From positions 780,730 to 844,729 of the forward strand of contig CAWAKE010000003.1 in assembly GCA_963782535.1 (NCBI GenBank): DNA of 64,000 nt, read 5' to 3'. The stretch's first letter is position 1. The number at the start of each line of letters is the position of its first letter. This stretch comes from an uncultured delta proteobacterium. GTDB taxonomy: Bacteria; Desulfobacterota; Binatia; Binatales; Binataceae. Positions 47,583-57,426 of this stretch are shown here, piece after piece. A program made the position numbers and the translations under genes. The notes under the pieces were generated by a model, which was not told where the DNA came from, did not search any database, and saw only the letters and a list, made by a program, of their open reading frames with translations.

Positions 47583-48923
47583 TTGGTGGCGATAATGGCG
47601 AATCAGACTTCGATGTTCATGAAAAGCCCGTACGATCCGCTCATGATCGAGCGCGCCGAGGGCGCCTGGCTCTACACGCGCGACGGTAAGCGGATTCTCG
47701 ATGCGGGCGCGGGCGCCGTCGTGATCAACGTTGGCCAGGGCCGCGCGGAAATCGCGCAGTTAGCCGGTGACGTCGTCGGGCGGCTCAACTACGTCCTGCC
47801 GATCTGGGATTCGCCGGAGCGGACGCGGCTGTGCCAACGGCTGGCGGGCTGGACGCCGCCGGGCCTCAATCATTTCTTTTTTGCCAGCGGCGGCTCCGAG
47901 GCGGTCGAGGCTGCGCTCAAATTCGCGCTGATGTACCACAAGGTCAAGGGGCGTCCGCAGAAGAAGAAAATCATCTCGCGCTGGTTCTCTTATCACGGCA
48001 ATACGCTGGGCGCGCTCTCGGTCGGCGGCAATCTGTCACGCCGTGCCGACTACGAGCACGTGCTGTTCGATTGGCCGCATATTCCGCCCTCGTACTGCTA
48101 CCGCTGTCCGTGGGGCAAGAGTTATCCGGGATGCGGAATCGAATGTGCGACCGCGCTCGAAGACGAAATTCGCCGCCACGGTGCCGATTCGATTGCCGCG
48201 TTTATTGCCGAGCCGATGATGGGCGCGACCGGCGGAGTGGTGCCGCCGGTCAAGGAATACTGGCCGCTGATCGCCGACATCTGCCGCCGCCACGATATCC
48301 TGCTGATCGTCGATGAAGTCATGACCGGCTTTGGCCGCACCGGCAAGCGTTTCGCCGTGGAACACTGGGACCTCAAGCCCGACGTTCTGATTGCCGCCAA
48401 GGGTTTGACCGGCGGCTACATTCCGATGGGTATGATCGCGGTGGACGATCGATTGATCGGCGAATGCGAACAGCTCGGCGCCGATTTCATGTTCTACACC
48501 TACAGCGCTCATCCGCTGGCGTGCGCGATTGCCGGCAAGGTGCTCGAAATCATGGAGCGCGAACACCTGGTCGAGCGCTCCGCCGAAGTGGGTGCGAGGC
48601 TCGGGGCGCAGCTCAAAGAACAACTGTCGGGCCATCCGCTGGTCGGCGATATCCGCGGCACCGCCATGTTCTGGGGCCTCGAACTGGTGCGCGACCGCGC
48701 GACGCGGACGCCGTATCCGCCGGACCTCCACGTGACCAGCCAGGTGCTGGCCGCCGCGCTCCGGCACGGCCTCTTCATCTATCCTTCGATCGGGATGGCG
48801 GGAAAGGCCGGCGGCGACGGCGTGATGGTGACGCCGCCGTTTGTGATCGAAGACCAGGACATAGACTACATCGTAAGCAATCTGCGCACGGCGCTCGACG
48901 AGGTACATCAGGGCCTGTCGTGA
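47583..48923 (+). CDS. class III (omega) aminotransferase, PLP-dependent
   Basis: SGGSEAVEAALK and DEVMTGFGRTG motifs, PLP-lysine region AAKGLTGG. Confidence 0.85.
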   Translation: MVAIMANQTSMFMKSPYDPLMIERAEGAWLYTRDGKRILDAGAGAVVINVGQGRAEIAQLAGDVVGRLNYVLPIWDSPERTRLCQRLAGWTPPGLNHFFFASGGSEAVEAALKFALMYHKVKGRPQKKKIISRWFSYHGNTLGALSVGGNLSRRADYEHVLFDWPHIPPSYCYRCPWGKSYPGCGIECATALEDEIRRHGADSIAAFIAEPMMGATGGVVPPVKEYWPLIADICRRHDILLIVDEVMTGFGRTGKRFAVEHWDLKPDVLIAAKGLTGGYIPMGMIAVDDRLIGECEQLGADFMFYTYSAHPLACAIAGKVLEIMEREHLVERSAEVGARLGAQLKEQLSGHPLVGDIRGTAMFWGLELVRDRATRTPYPPDLHVTSQVLAAALRHGLFIYPSIGMAGKAGGDGVMVTPPFVIEDQDIDYIVSNLRTALDEVHQGLS

Positions 48924-49106
48924 AACGCGATTGATGCGCGGGCGGCCACTGAAATGTCGCGCTGCAAGCCGCGGCGCGAGACTCGCGTCGCGATCGATTG
49001 CGCCATGCTTTAATCGATGATTGTTCGAGATCGCATCCGCTCCGGACGCCAGCGTTTGCGATAGGCTAAAACTTTAAGGTACGATCTGCAGTCCACGGGA
49101 GAGCCC

Positions 49107-49979
49107 ATGCCGGATATTATCGGCCCAACATCGCATTTCTACTACTCTCAGCGCCTGAAGCTGCACTACGTCGATTGGGGCAACCACGACAAGCCGCTCG
49201 CAATCCTAGTGCACGGCGGGCGCGATCATGCGCGCAACTGGGATTTTGTCGCACTCGATCTGCGCGAGCATTTCCATATCGTCGCGCCCGATTTGCGCGG
49301 ACATGGCGATTCCGACTGGGCCATTGGCGGCGCATATTCGATTACTGATCACGTGCTCGACCTTGGCCAGCTTCTGAATGCGCTTGAGCCCACCGGGCCG
49401 GTGACCCTCATCGGCCATTCGCTGGGGGCCGGTGTTGTATTGCAGCGCGCGGGGGTCTTTCCCGCCTCGGTGGCGGCAGTGGTCGCAATCGAGGGGCTCG
49501 GACCGCCCGGCGCGATGTTGCGTGAAACTCCCGCTTACGAGCGCATGGAAGGCTGGGTTATCGATATGCGCGCGCTCGCCCAGCGCAAACCGCGCGAGTA
49601 CGCGACAATCGAGCAGGCGATGGCGCGGATGCGCGAAGCCAATCCGCATCTCAGCGACGAAATGGCGCGTCATCTGACGATTTACGGCGTACGGCGCAAC
49701 GAGAACGGTACGTTCTCCTGGAAGTACGACAACTATACGCGTGCGACCTCGCCCTACCTGTTTAATCTCAAGGACGCGATGGAAATCTGGTCGCGAATCC
49801 GCTGCCGCACCCTGCTCGTGCGCGGCGATTCGTCATGGGCCGGCGATTGGGAACGGGACGGACGCCTCGACGCGTTTCGATCGGCGGAGCTGGTAACCAT
49901 CAAGCAGGCGGGCCATTGGGTCCACCATGATCAACCGGCCGAGTTTCTGAACGTCGTACATCGATTTCTGCAACTCTGA
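49107..49979 (+). CDS. alpha/beta-fold serine hydrolase
   Basis: GHSLG nucleophile elbow; HGGRDH oxyanion region; stop overlaps the ClC start (TGATGG). Confidence 0.75.
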   Translation: MPDIIGPTSHFYYSQRLKLHYVDWGNHDKPLAILVHGGRDHARNWDFVALDLREHFHIVAPDLRGHGDSDWAIGGAYSITDHVLDLGQLLNALEPTGPVTLIGHSLGAGVVLQRAGVFPASVAAVVAIEGLGPPGAMLRETPAYERMEGWVIDMRALAQRKPREYATIEQAMARMREANPHLSDEMARHLTIYGVRRNENGTFSWKYDNYTRATSPYLFNLKDAMEIWSRIRCRTLLVRGDSSWAGDWERDGRLDAFRSAELVTIKQAGHWVHHDQPAEFLNVVHRFLQL

Positions 49980-52051
49980 TGGCGTCGTCGAAGGTACCCG
50001 GCGCCACTGTAGCGGCGCCGCCGAAACCATTGGTGGATCCGCAGGTGCTCTCGCTGCGGGTCGACCAGCTCGAATACCTAGAACTGATTCTGCTGGCGGT
50101 CGCCGTCGGCATTCTTGCGGCTCTCGGTAATCTCGGGTTTGGTAGCCTCATCGAATTCTTTTCGTGGATCTTTCGCAGCCTCGAATGGAACGCCATGGGC
50201 ATCCGCGAGGGCTCGTCGACCGTCCTGCTCATCCCGCTAATTCTATTGAGCGGTGGCGTTGGCCTCTTGATTCTGAATTATTTCTTTCCCGGCGACGTTC
50301 TCGGCTACGGCTTTCCGAACTTCCTCAAGATGGTCAATCTCGGCAACGGACGCATCAAACGGCGCTGGATCGTTTTGAAGGCGCTCGGCGCGGCATTGTC
50401 GCTGGGCTCTGGCGCGTCGGTCGGCCGCGAAGGTCCGATCGCGCAGATCGGCGGTGCGATCGGATCGGCCGTAGCGCAAGTGCGTCGCATGTCTGCCGAA
50501 CGCGCAAAGGTGCTGATTGCAGCTGGTGCCGGCGCCGGTATCGCGACTACGTTCAACGCCCCGATGGGCGGCCTGATGTTCGCGCTCGAGATCGTCCTGC
50601 TCGGCGAAACCGAACTGACCAATCTGGTTCTCGTGATCGTCGCGACCTTCACTGCCGTCGTTACTTCGCGGACTATCCTGGGCGGGGGCAGCGTAATCTT
50701 CCATCCCGCCGCCTTCGTCATCACGACCTATTGGGAACTGTTCGGCTACGGCCTGATGGGTGCGGCGCTCGGACTGCTCGGAGCGGGCTACATCCGCTTC
50801 TTTCATACCACTGGGCACTTCTTCCGCATGCTCAAAATGCCGCAATGGGCCAAGCTCGCTATCGGCCTCACCCTGGTCGGCGCGATCGCGATCGTCCTGC
50901 CGCAAAATCTTTCCGACGGCTATCCGATTATCGACCTGGCGATAAATGGAAAGATCGAGCTCGAACTGCTGCTGGCGCTGACCGCCGGAAAGTTTTTCGC
51001 GAGCGCGGTCTCGCTGGATTCGGGCGCTCCGGGCGGAGTATTTGGCCCGGTCTTCTTCATCGGCGCGATGGGTGGCGGTGCGTTTCGCGGGATATTGGGC
51101 CTGATCGCACCCGGCATCGCCGGCCCGCACGGCTCCTATTCATTGGTCGGACTCGGCGCGTTCCTAGCCGCAGTTACCCATGCGCCGCTGACCGCGTTGT
51201 TCCTGCTCTTCGAGATGACTCAGCTCAACTACACGGTCGCCCTGCCGGCCATGATCGCGACGATTGTAGCGCTCGTGGTTGCTCGCTCGATCGAAGGCGA
51301 ATCGATCGACACCTACGCGCTCGCGCGCGAAGGCAAGACGCTGGCAATCGGCAAGGAGCGCATGGTCCTGTCGCACCTGCCGGTGGCCTCCGTGATGCAT
51401 CGCGAAGTCGATATTCTGAGCGAGACCTCTACGCTCTCAGAAGTCCTGCGGATGGCCGGGGAGACTTCGCAGGCGACTCTGCCGGTAGTCAATAGCGACG
51501 GTGAACTGGCCGGCATCGTGGTCACGCGCGATTTGCTTGGGGTGCTCGCCGGCGGTACCGAGTTGGGTGCGTTGGTCAACGCGTTCGATTTGAGCCGGCG
51601 CAATCCGCCGGTGGTGACCCCGGAATCGAATCTGGACCAGGCTGCGCAGATGATGGAATACGAGGCCCTGGATGAAATTCCAGTGGTCGAGCATGAACAC
51701 GGCGGTGGGTTCCTCGGCCTGATTTCGCGGCGCAACGTCTCGCAGGCGTTCAATCGCGTAACGGTCTCGCTATCGGCTCAGGAAACCGGCGACCGCGGAA
51801 TTTTCTGGGCCACCGGCTATCGCGTCTCACGCATCAGAATACCGGACGAGGCCAGCGGCAAGACGATTCGCCAACTCGATCCGCGTGCGCGCTATTCGGT
51901 CAGCGTTCTGGCGATCCAGGACGGCAGCGATCCCACCGGCGGATTTGCCCCGCTCGGCCCGGATCGCGCGCTCAAGCCCGGCGACCTGATCGTTGCCGCA
52001 GGCCGTCCGGGGGATCTGCGGCGCTTCGTCCGCGACCTCGAGGCGCTTTGA
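49979..52051 (+). CDS. ClC-family voltage-gated chloride channel with C-terminal CBS pair and TrkA-C domain
   Basis: GREGP, GxxGxxxP and GGVFGP selectivity motifs; 690 aa. Confidence 0.85.
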   Translation: MASSKVPGATVAAPPKPLVDPQVLSLRVDQLEYLELILLAVAVGILAALGNLGFGSLIEFFSWIFRSLEWNAMGIREGSSTVLLIPLILLSGGVGLLILNYFFPGDVLGYGFPNFLKMVNLGNGRIKRRWIVLKALGAALSLGSGASVGREGPIAQIGGAIGSAVAQVRRMSAERAKVLIAAGAGAGIATTFNAPMGGLMFALEIVLLGETELTNLVLVIVATFTAVVTSRTILGGGSVIFHPAAFVITTYWELFGYGLMGAALGLLGAGYIRFFHTTGHFFRMLKMPQWAKLAIGLTLVGAIAIVLPQNLSDGYPIIDLAINGKIELELLLALTAGKFFASAVSLDSGAPGGVFGPVFFIGAMGGGAFRGILGLIAPGIAGPHGSYSLVGLGAFLAAVTHAPLTALFLLFEMTQLNYTVALPAMIATIVALVVARSIEGESIDTYALAREGKTLAIGKERMVLSHLPVASVMHREVDILSETSTLSEVLRMAGETSQATLPVVNSDGELAGIVVTRDLLGVLAGGTELGALVNAFDLSRRNPPVVTPESNLDQAAQMMEYEALDEIPVVEHEHGGGFLGLISRRNVSQAFNRVTVSLSAQETGDRGIFWATGYRVSRIRIPDEASGKTIRQLDPRARYSVSVLAIQDGSDPTGGFAPLGPDRALKPGDLIVAAGRPGDLRRFVRDLEAL

Positions 52052-52078
52052 CCGCGGCTGCAGCGCCCGCCGCAGCCG

Positions 52079-52930
52079 CTAGATTCGGGCCATCACCTCG
52101 TTGCGGAAACGCGCGAGTTCGTCTTCGCTGAATGCCCGCACTGGCAATCCCACCAGCGCCCGGTCGACGCCCATCTCGCCCAGCCGTTTGACCTCATCGA
52201 GCGTGATCGGATGTCCGGTGCGCAGGCTCAGGGTGACTTCGACCGGCCGGCTGCGCCGGGCCTCGCGCTCGAGCCCGCGCAGCCGCTCGATTAATGCGCA
52301 CGCCTCGTCGAGGCTTTTTGCGATCCCGTACCAGCCGTCGCCATAACGAACCGTGCGCTTGAGCGCCAGTTCGCTGATGCCGCCGACCACGATCGGCGGA
52401 TGGGGCTTTTGCTCCGGTTTGGGATAAAAACGCACGCCCTCGACCGCGATCGTCTTGCCGCGATAGACCGGTTCGTCGCTCGTCCAGAGTTCCTTCATCA
52501 GTTCGAGGTATTCGCGCGTGCGTAGCGCGCGATCGTCAAAGGGCGCGCCGACGACCGCAAATTCCTCTGCCCACCATCCCACACCGACGCCAAAAATCAC
52601 CCGCCCGTGGCTCAGTACGTCGAGCGAGGCTACTGCCTTCGCGCTGGCGATCGCATTGCGGAGCGGCACGACATAGATGCCGGTCGCGAGCTTGATCTTG
52701 CTGGTGAGGGCTGCCGCGTAGCCCAGCGCGATCATCGGGTCGTGAAATGGCACGTTGGCGGGCGCGGGAAAGCTTCCGTCGGCCGAATAGGGATATTTCG
52801 ATTTGGAGACCGTCGGCATGATCATGTGCTCGCCGATCCACACCGACTCGAAACCGAGATCCTCCGCCGCTCGGACATGCGCCGCGATTCGTTCGGGCTT
52901 GACGGTGGTGATGAAGGTTCCGAATTTCAT
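52079..52930 (-). CDS. LLM-class (probably F420-dependent) oxidoreductase
   Basis: MKFGTFITTV start with GGAGG RBS (ATG 52930); LLM motifs; ORF-track N-terminal extension to 53158 rejected. Confidence 0.75.
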   Translation of the reverse strand: MKFGTFITTVKPERIAAHVRAAEDLGFESVWIGEHMIMPTVSKSKYPYSADGSFPAPANVPFHDPMIALGYAAALTSKIKLATGIYVVPLRNAIASAKAVASLDVLSHGRVIFGVGVGWWAEEFAVVGAPFDDRALRTREYLELMKELWTSDEPVYRGKTIAVEGVRFYPKPEQKPHPPIVVGGISELALKRTVRYGDGWYGIAKSLDEACALIERLRGLEREARRSRPVEVTLSLRTGHPITLDEVKRLGEMGVDRALVGLPVRAFSEDELARFRNEVMARI

Positions 52931-53048
52931 AACAACCTCCGTGCGCGCTGTGAACCCAGCGTCGGCCCGGCGCCGGTTCAGTTGATCTTTGCCGTTAAAT
53001 CGATTAGACCGGACCGTCTGTCCGCGCACCTCGTCGATTCGATCACGG

Positions 53049-53714
53049 TCATCGCGTCGCCCCGTCGCGCGGAAAATGATACGGGCGCGCGCGGCCCGCG
53101 CGTATTTCGACGCACAACTCTTCGACTGTGCTGACTTCGCGGTCGAGTTCCGTCGCACACGTCAGGAACCAGTTAGCGGTCGAAAAATGCGCGTCGCTGC
53201 CGCCGAGCGCCGTCAGTCCCAGCTTCTCTGCCATCGCCATCGCCGCGGCATTCTGCTCGTGAGAATTCTGCCCGTTGACGGCTTCGATCGCGCCAAGCGC
53301 GGGGCCCAGTTTCGCCAGCAGGCCGTCGAGCCGGACGCCGTAACCGGAATCGCGAAACGGGTGCGCCGGGATCGCAATTCCGCCTTCCCCATGGATCACT
53401 TCGATCACGTGTTCCGCGCGCAACAGGCGCGAATCCAGATCGAAGCGCCGGCGGACCTCGCGCGTGACACCGAAAATCAGCAGATGGCCGAGATTGGTGT
53501 CGGCCTCGACCCCTTTGAAAATATGTACGCCGAAACGCTCCGACAGCTCGGCGTAAGTACGATTGATTTCATCGTCATCCGGGAACAGCCGATGCTCGGT
53601 AAAGCAGATCGCCCCCAGCCGAATGTCGTTGTTTGCGATCGCCTCGAGATACTGCTCGGCGGCGACATAGGAATCCGACGAAAGCTTCGTATGAACGTGC
53701 AAATCAATCAGCAT
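53049..53714 (-). CDS. PHP-domain (polymerase/histidinol-phosphatase-like) metal-dependent phosphoesterase
   Basis: MLIDLHVHTKLS N-terminal His motif and downstream His/Asp ligands. Confidence 0.7.
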   Translation of the reverse strand: MLIDLHVHTKLSSDSYVAAEQYLEAIANNDIRLGAICFTEHRLFPDDDEINRTYAELSERFGVHIFKGVEADTNLGHLLIFGVTREVRRRFDLDSRLLRAEHVIEVIHGEGGIAIPAHPFRDSGYGVRLDGLLAKLGPALGAIEAVNGQNSHEQNAAAMAMAEKLGLTALGGSDAHFSTANWFLTCATELDREVSTVEELCVEIRAGRARPYHFPRDGATR

Positions 53715-53767
53715 ACCGATGAAGTTTCACACGCGGACGCCACACTTGAAAAGGGGCTCCGCGTCCG

Positions 53768-55405
53768 CTAGGGCCCGGCGTATTCGTCACGCACACGCAG
53801 ATTGTCGGTCAGCAACACGGCGCCGATCGTTTGAAATACCAGCATCTCTACGTTGAGCCGATCGAATTCGTCGGGCACCGTTCCCGAAAGTTCCAGGGTG
53901 CCGTGTTCGACGCTGATTTGGACGTTGCGATAGCCGGCGGCGTCGAGCGCCCGGCGCAACGCGGCCAGTCGCGGCGCAACCGCGTTGCCGCCCGGTACGA
54001 AAATAACCGGTGGCCCGGCCGCTCCATTCACCGATCCGCCGGCCGGGTTGGGCGTGGCGGCGTTGATCAGAATCATTTTGATCAGCAGCGATATTGCGAA
54101 TATCGCGACGATCAACAGCACCGGACGGCGGATGCGCCACCGTGATCGCCCCGCGCCCGAATGCCCGTGCATGCGGTCGCGGCTGTGGCCGGCCGTGCGA
54201 TTGGTCCGGTAGCCACCGTTGAGCACCGCGGTTTCGGCGTCGGCGTTCGCCCTGAGGGTCTCCATCGAATTGCGCAAATCGGCTGCGCAGTATGAGCAGA
54301 AGCGCGAGTCCGTCGGAATCATCCGCGCGCAACTGCGACACCTCATCTCGGAAGCGACGCTCAAGATCGTCGGACTCGAAGCACTCGCGACCGCTGGTCG
54401 CGGCGCGGTCGGCGGCCGTACCGCATCCGGCGAACCGCTTGCGCCGGATACGTCGGTAAGCGTTGATGCGGCCGTGCCGCCGGCCGCCGCTTGCGCGTTG
54501 CCGTCCCCCGCCGCGGGCCCCGGATTTCCAAGTGGAAGAGGCAGTTGCGGACGCGCCGCGCCGCGACCGCTGCCCGTCGCCGCAGGCTTGGCCGGCGCGC
54601 TCGCGCCGGTCTTGATCTCGTTTAACCGGCGCTTGAATTCCGCGGCGTCGCGCATCCGGTTGACGACGTCGTAGGCCAACGCCTGATCGACCACCGCCGC
54701 CAGTTCCGGGTCGAGCTCGGGACACAACTTGCGCATCGGTGGAAAACTGAACGGCGGTTCCGCCGCCGGGTCGCGCCCCGAAAGCGCATGATGCATCGTC
54801 GCGCCCAGCGCATATAGATCCGACCGCGTCTCGACCCGTCCGCGATACTGCTCCGGCGGCGCATAGCCCTGCGTACCAATCATCGTCGCATTGGTGAGCG
54901 GTGCGAAATGGCGCGCGATGCCGAAGTCGATCAGTTTGGCCATGCCGTAGCTCGTGACCATCACGTTCGACGGCTTCAAGTCGCGATAGATCACCGGCGG
55001 GTCGAGGTTATGCAGATATTCTAGCGTCGTCAGAATCTGCAGCGCTATATCGATCATCCGCGCTGGCGCGAGCTTCCCGCCGTCCGCACGCAGCTCGTCC
55101 TCGAGCGTCATGCCGTCGATGTACTCCATCACCAGGTAGTGATGGTTGGCCTCGCTGAAGCGATCGAATATCCGCGGTATGTGTTCGTTGGCGAGCTGCG
55201 CAAGCATGTCGGCTTCACGCTGAAAAGCCGCCACCGCCTGCTGCTGCATGTCGGGACTGGTGAAGCTGTCCACCATTTCGGCCAGCGCACACCGGCGCCC
55301 CGCGAGCCGCAGATCCTCCGCCAGATAGACCAGCTTCATGCCGCCGCCGCCGAGCGCTCTGACTACGCGGTAGCGTCCGCCGACTATGGTGCTGGGCGCG
55401 ATCAT
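53768..55405 (-). CDS. Ser/Thr protein kinase with zinc-ribbon, TM segment and C-terminal BON-like periplasmic domain
   Basis: Hanks motifs (YRDLKPSN, DFGIA, APE); CxxC...CxxC zinc ribbon; hydrophobic segment LLIVAIFAISLLI. Confidence 0.85.
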   Translation of the reverse strand: MIAPSTIVGGRYRVVRALGGGGMKLVYLAEDLRLAGRRCALAEMVDSFTSPDMQQQAVAAFQREADMLAQLANEHIPRIFDRFSEANHHYLVMEYIDGMTLEDELRADGGKLAPARMIDIALQILTTLEYLHNLDPPVIYRDLKPSNVMVTSYGMAKLIDFGIARHFAPLTNATMIGTQGYAPPEQYRGRVETRSDLYALGATMHHALSGRDPAAEPPFSFPPMRKLCPELDPELAAVVDQALAYDVVNRMRDAAEFKRRLNEIKTGASAPAKPAATGSGRGAARPQLPLPLGNPGPAAGDGNAQAAAGGTAASTLTDVSGASGSPDAVRPPTAPRPAVASASSPTILSVASEMRCRSCARMIPTDSRFCSYCAADLRNSMETLRANADAETAVLNGGYRTNRTAGHSRDRMHGHSGAGRSRWRIRRPVLLIVAIFAISLLIKMILINAATPNPAGGSVNGAAGPPVIFVPGGNAVAPRLAALRRALDAAGYRNVQISVEHGTLELSGTVPDEFDRLNVEMLVFQTIGAVLLTDNLRVRDEYAGP

Positions 55406-55422
55406 CTAATTGGCGATACCCC

Positions 55423-55818
55423 TCACGAACGCCGGCCGGGCATGGTCGAAAAATTGCGCCGGCGCGGGCCGGGCATCGAACGCGTCAGCGCGTCTTCCTT
55501 GATCGCACCGGACAGCGCCGCATTGCCGGCGCAAATCATATGAACGATAAATCCGAGCGGCGGTGCGGCAGCGTAAATGTACATCACGAACAGGAACCAG
55601 AGCAGGCCGCGCCACGGCTGGCGTTTGTAGAATTGGCCCAGGCCGGGAACGATGCTCAGGCAAAACGCGACGAACGGCCGCCAGGTTATCTCCCGGCTGA
55701 GCCACACCGGTCCCGCCAGCGGTGCTCCGCACTCCTTGCAGAACGCTGCGTCCGCCACCGTCACCGGCTGTCCGCATTGCGAGCAGTAACGCGCTCGATC
55801 GATCGTCGAATCAGGCAT
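55423..55818 (-). CDS. zinc-ribbon domain membrane protein
   Basis: CSQCG...CKECG zinc ribbon then 2 TM helices; overlaps the FHA gene end by 8 nt (operon). Confidence 0.55.
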   Translation of the reverse strand: MPDSTIDRARYCSQCGQPVTVADAAFCKECGAPLAGPVWLSREITWRPFVAFCLSIVPGLGQFYKRQPWRGLLWFLFVMYIYAAAPPLGFIVHMICAGNAALSGAIKEDALTRSMPGPRRRNFSTMPGRRS

Positions 55819-57163
55819 GGAAGGTAAATACGGCGTCGCCGATCCGCACCGTATCGCCGTCGCCGAGCGGGGCTTCGGTCACCCGGGCACCGCCGATAAA
55901 GGTTCCGTTCTGGCTGCCGAGATCCCGCATCCGAAAACGTCCGTTGACCACTTCGATCGTCGCATGATGGCGCGAAACCGACGCGTCAGCCAGCACAATA
56001 TCATTGTCGAGGGCGCGCCCAAGCCGGGTCGTTGCACCGGCGCACAGCGCAAATCGATCGCCGTTGCGGCCAGCCAGACAGGCCTGCCCGGCCGCTGCCG
56101 CGGGCGTAGCCGAGCTTCCTCCGATCGTGTCGCCAACCGTCGCGACCGGCGTCGCCGACGCGACCTGCCGGGACGCGCCGCCAATCGCCGCACCCGCGGC
56201 CTGCGCGCCCGACCGTGTATGGAAGCTCAGCTCGTAGTTGCTGATCCTGATGCGATCGCCGTCGTGCAGCGCGACGGTCTCGATTCGATCGCCGTTGACG
56301 AAGGTCCCTTCCTGCACTGCGAGATTGCGAATCGAGTAGTTCGCACCCTGGCGTTCGATCACCGCGTGACGCGCCTGCACGCCCGCGTCACCGAACAAGC
56401 CGATCGGGTTCTCCTCCGCGCGCCCAATCATCGCGGTCCCGCCTTCGATCCGATACTGGCGTTCACGCAAGCGCCCGGCTTCGACCGCAAGCCACGCCGC
56501 TTTCGTCAACTCCTGCACCAGTCCAATAAACAGCCCGATCGAAAGACCGATCGCGCTTGAGGCGACCAGCCGCGAAAGCATTCCCGAGTGACTGAGCGAT
56601 CCGATAAAATCGAAAACCATCCCGCCGACGAAGCCCCCGACCCATCCGCCCGCTGCGCCCTTGACCACGTTGCGCAGCGACAGCGTCGAAAGCCCCACGC
56701 CCACGCCGAGCATCATCCCCATCAGGGTCCAGCCGGTCAGCCGCGCAAGTATCAGGAAAAAGATCGACCCCGGATGGTTGAAGGTCCAGCCCCCTGCCGT
56801 GAGGATCGCGCCGAAGGCAACGTTCGAGTAGTAATTCGCCGGGATCGCGAGAACGAAGCAGAGCAGAAATCCGCGCAGCGCCAGGCGCCTGGTCTGTGCG
56901 GTGACCTCGATCGCGACAAACGGAAAACCGTCGCGCCGGTTCATTTGCAGCGAATTGTCCTCCGCCGCGAGGATCAACGCGCCTATAATCCCTGCCATCA
57001 GGGCCATCGCGAAAAAATTGCCGACGTACTGACCCGTGGTCTGCACCTGCGTCAGCGAATGACCGTGATTGGCGAGCTCGAGCGGCAGCCATCCCACGGC
57101 TCCGCCGATCAGCCCAGCCAGCGCCTTCAGGGTCAACTCGCGTCGATCGATCGAGCCGCTCAT
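55811..57163 (-). CDS. membrane protein with two C-terminal FHA domains
   Basis: N-terminal polytopic region; two FHA cores (..GRAE/GRAL..N..V.D..VSR.HA.I) in tandem. Confidence 0.75.
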   Translation of the reverse strand: MSGSIDRRELTLKALAGLIGGAVGWLPLELANHGHSLTQVQTTGQYVGNFFAMALMAGIIGALILAAEDNSLQMNRRDGFPFVAIEVTAQTRRLALRGFLLCFVLAIPANYYSNVAFGAILTAGGWTFNHPGSIFFLILARLTGWTLMGMMLGVGVGLSTLSLRNVVKGAAGGWVGGFVGGMVFDFIGSLSHSGMLSRLVASSAIGLSIGLFIGLVQELTKAAWLAVEAGRLRERQYRIEGGTAMIGRAEENPIGLFGDAGVQARHAVIERQGANYSIRNLAVQEGTFVNGDRIETVALHDGDRIRISNYELSFHTRSGAQAAGAAIGGASRQVASATPVATVGDTIGGSSATPAAAAGQACLAGRNGDRFALCAGATTRLGRALDNDIVLADASVSRHHATIEVVNGRFRMRDLGSQNGTFIGGARVTEAPLGDGDTVRIGDAVFTFHA

Positions 57164-57376
57164 TCGGGAATTCCCTTCGCGATCATAATCCGTCGTTACT
57201 GATCAAATATCGCAGTCAGGCGCCGGTTATAATAGTCCCGGCCGCCTCCGCGTAAAATGCCCCTCGCTTACCGGGCAAGCCCGACGGCCCCGAACGGCAA
57301 GACTTATTCGAAGATTCCGGCCTCCTTCGTCGAGAGAGTGCATCTACTGGCATCTGCTGGAGTGATAACCGCCCTG

Positions 57377-57399
57377 GTGATACCAATTAATTCGATCAC
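57377..57399. promoter_or_regulatory. imperfect palindrome GTGATACCAATTAATTCGATCAC upstream of sqr
   Basis: read directly; about 30 bp upstream of ATG 57427. Confidence 0.25.
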
Positions 57400-57426
57400 T
57401 CAGCTTGAATCAGGATTGGGCAGACC

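Noticed and set aside
49107-52051. Alpha/beta hydrolase plus ClC as a dehalogenase / halide-export pair
   Set aside because: The hydrolase has a Ser nucleophile elbow (GHSLG). The Asp nucleophile of haloalkane and fluoroacetate dehalogenases is absent.
52931-53158. N-terminal extension of the F420-LLM ORF overlapping the PHP gene
   Set aside because: MKFGTF... at 52930 is preceded by a GGAGG RBS. The extension is Arg/Ala-rich and has no motif.
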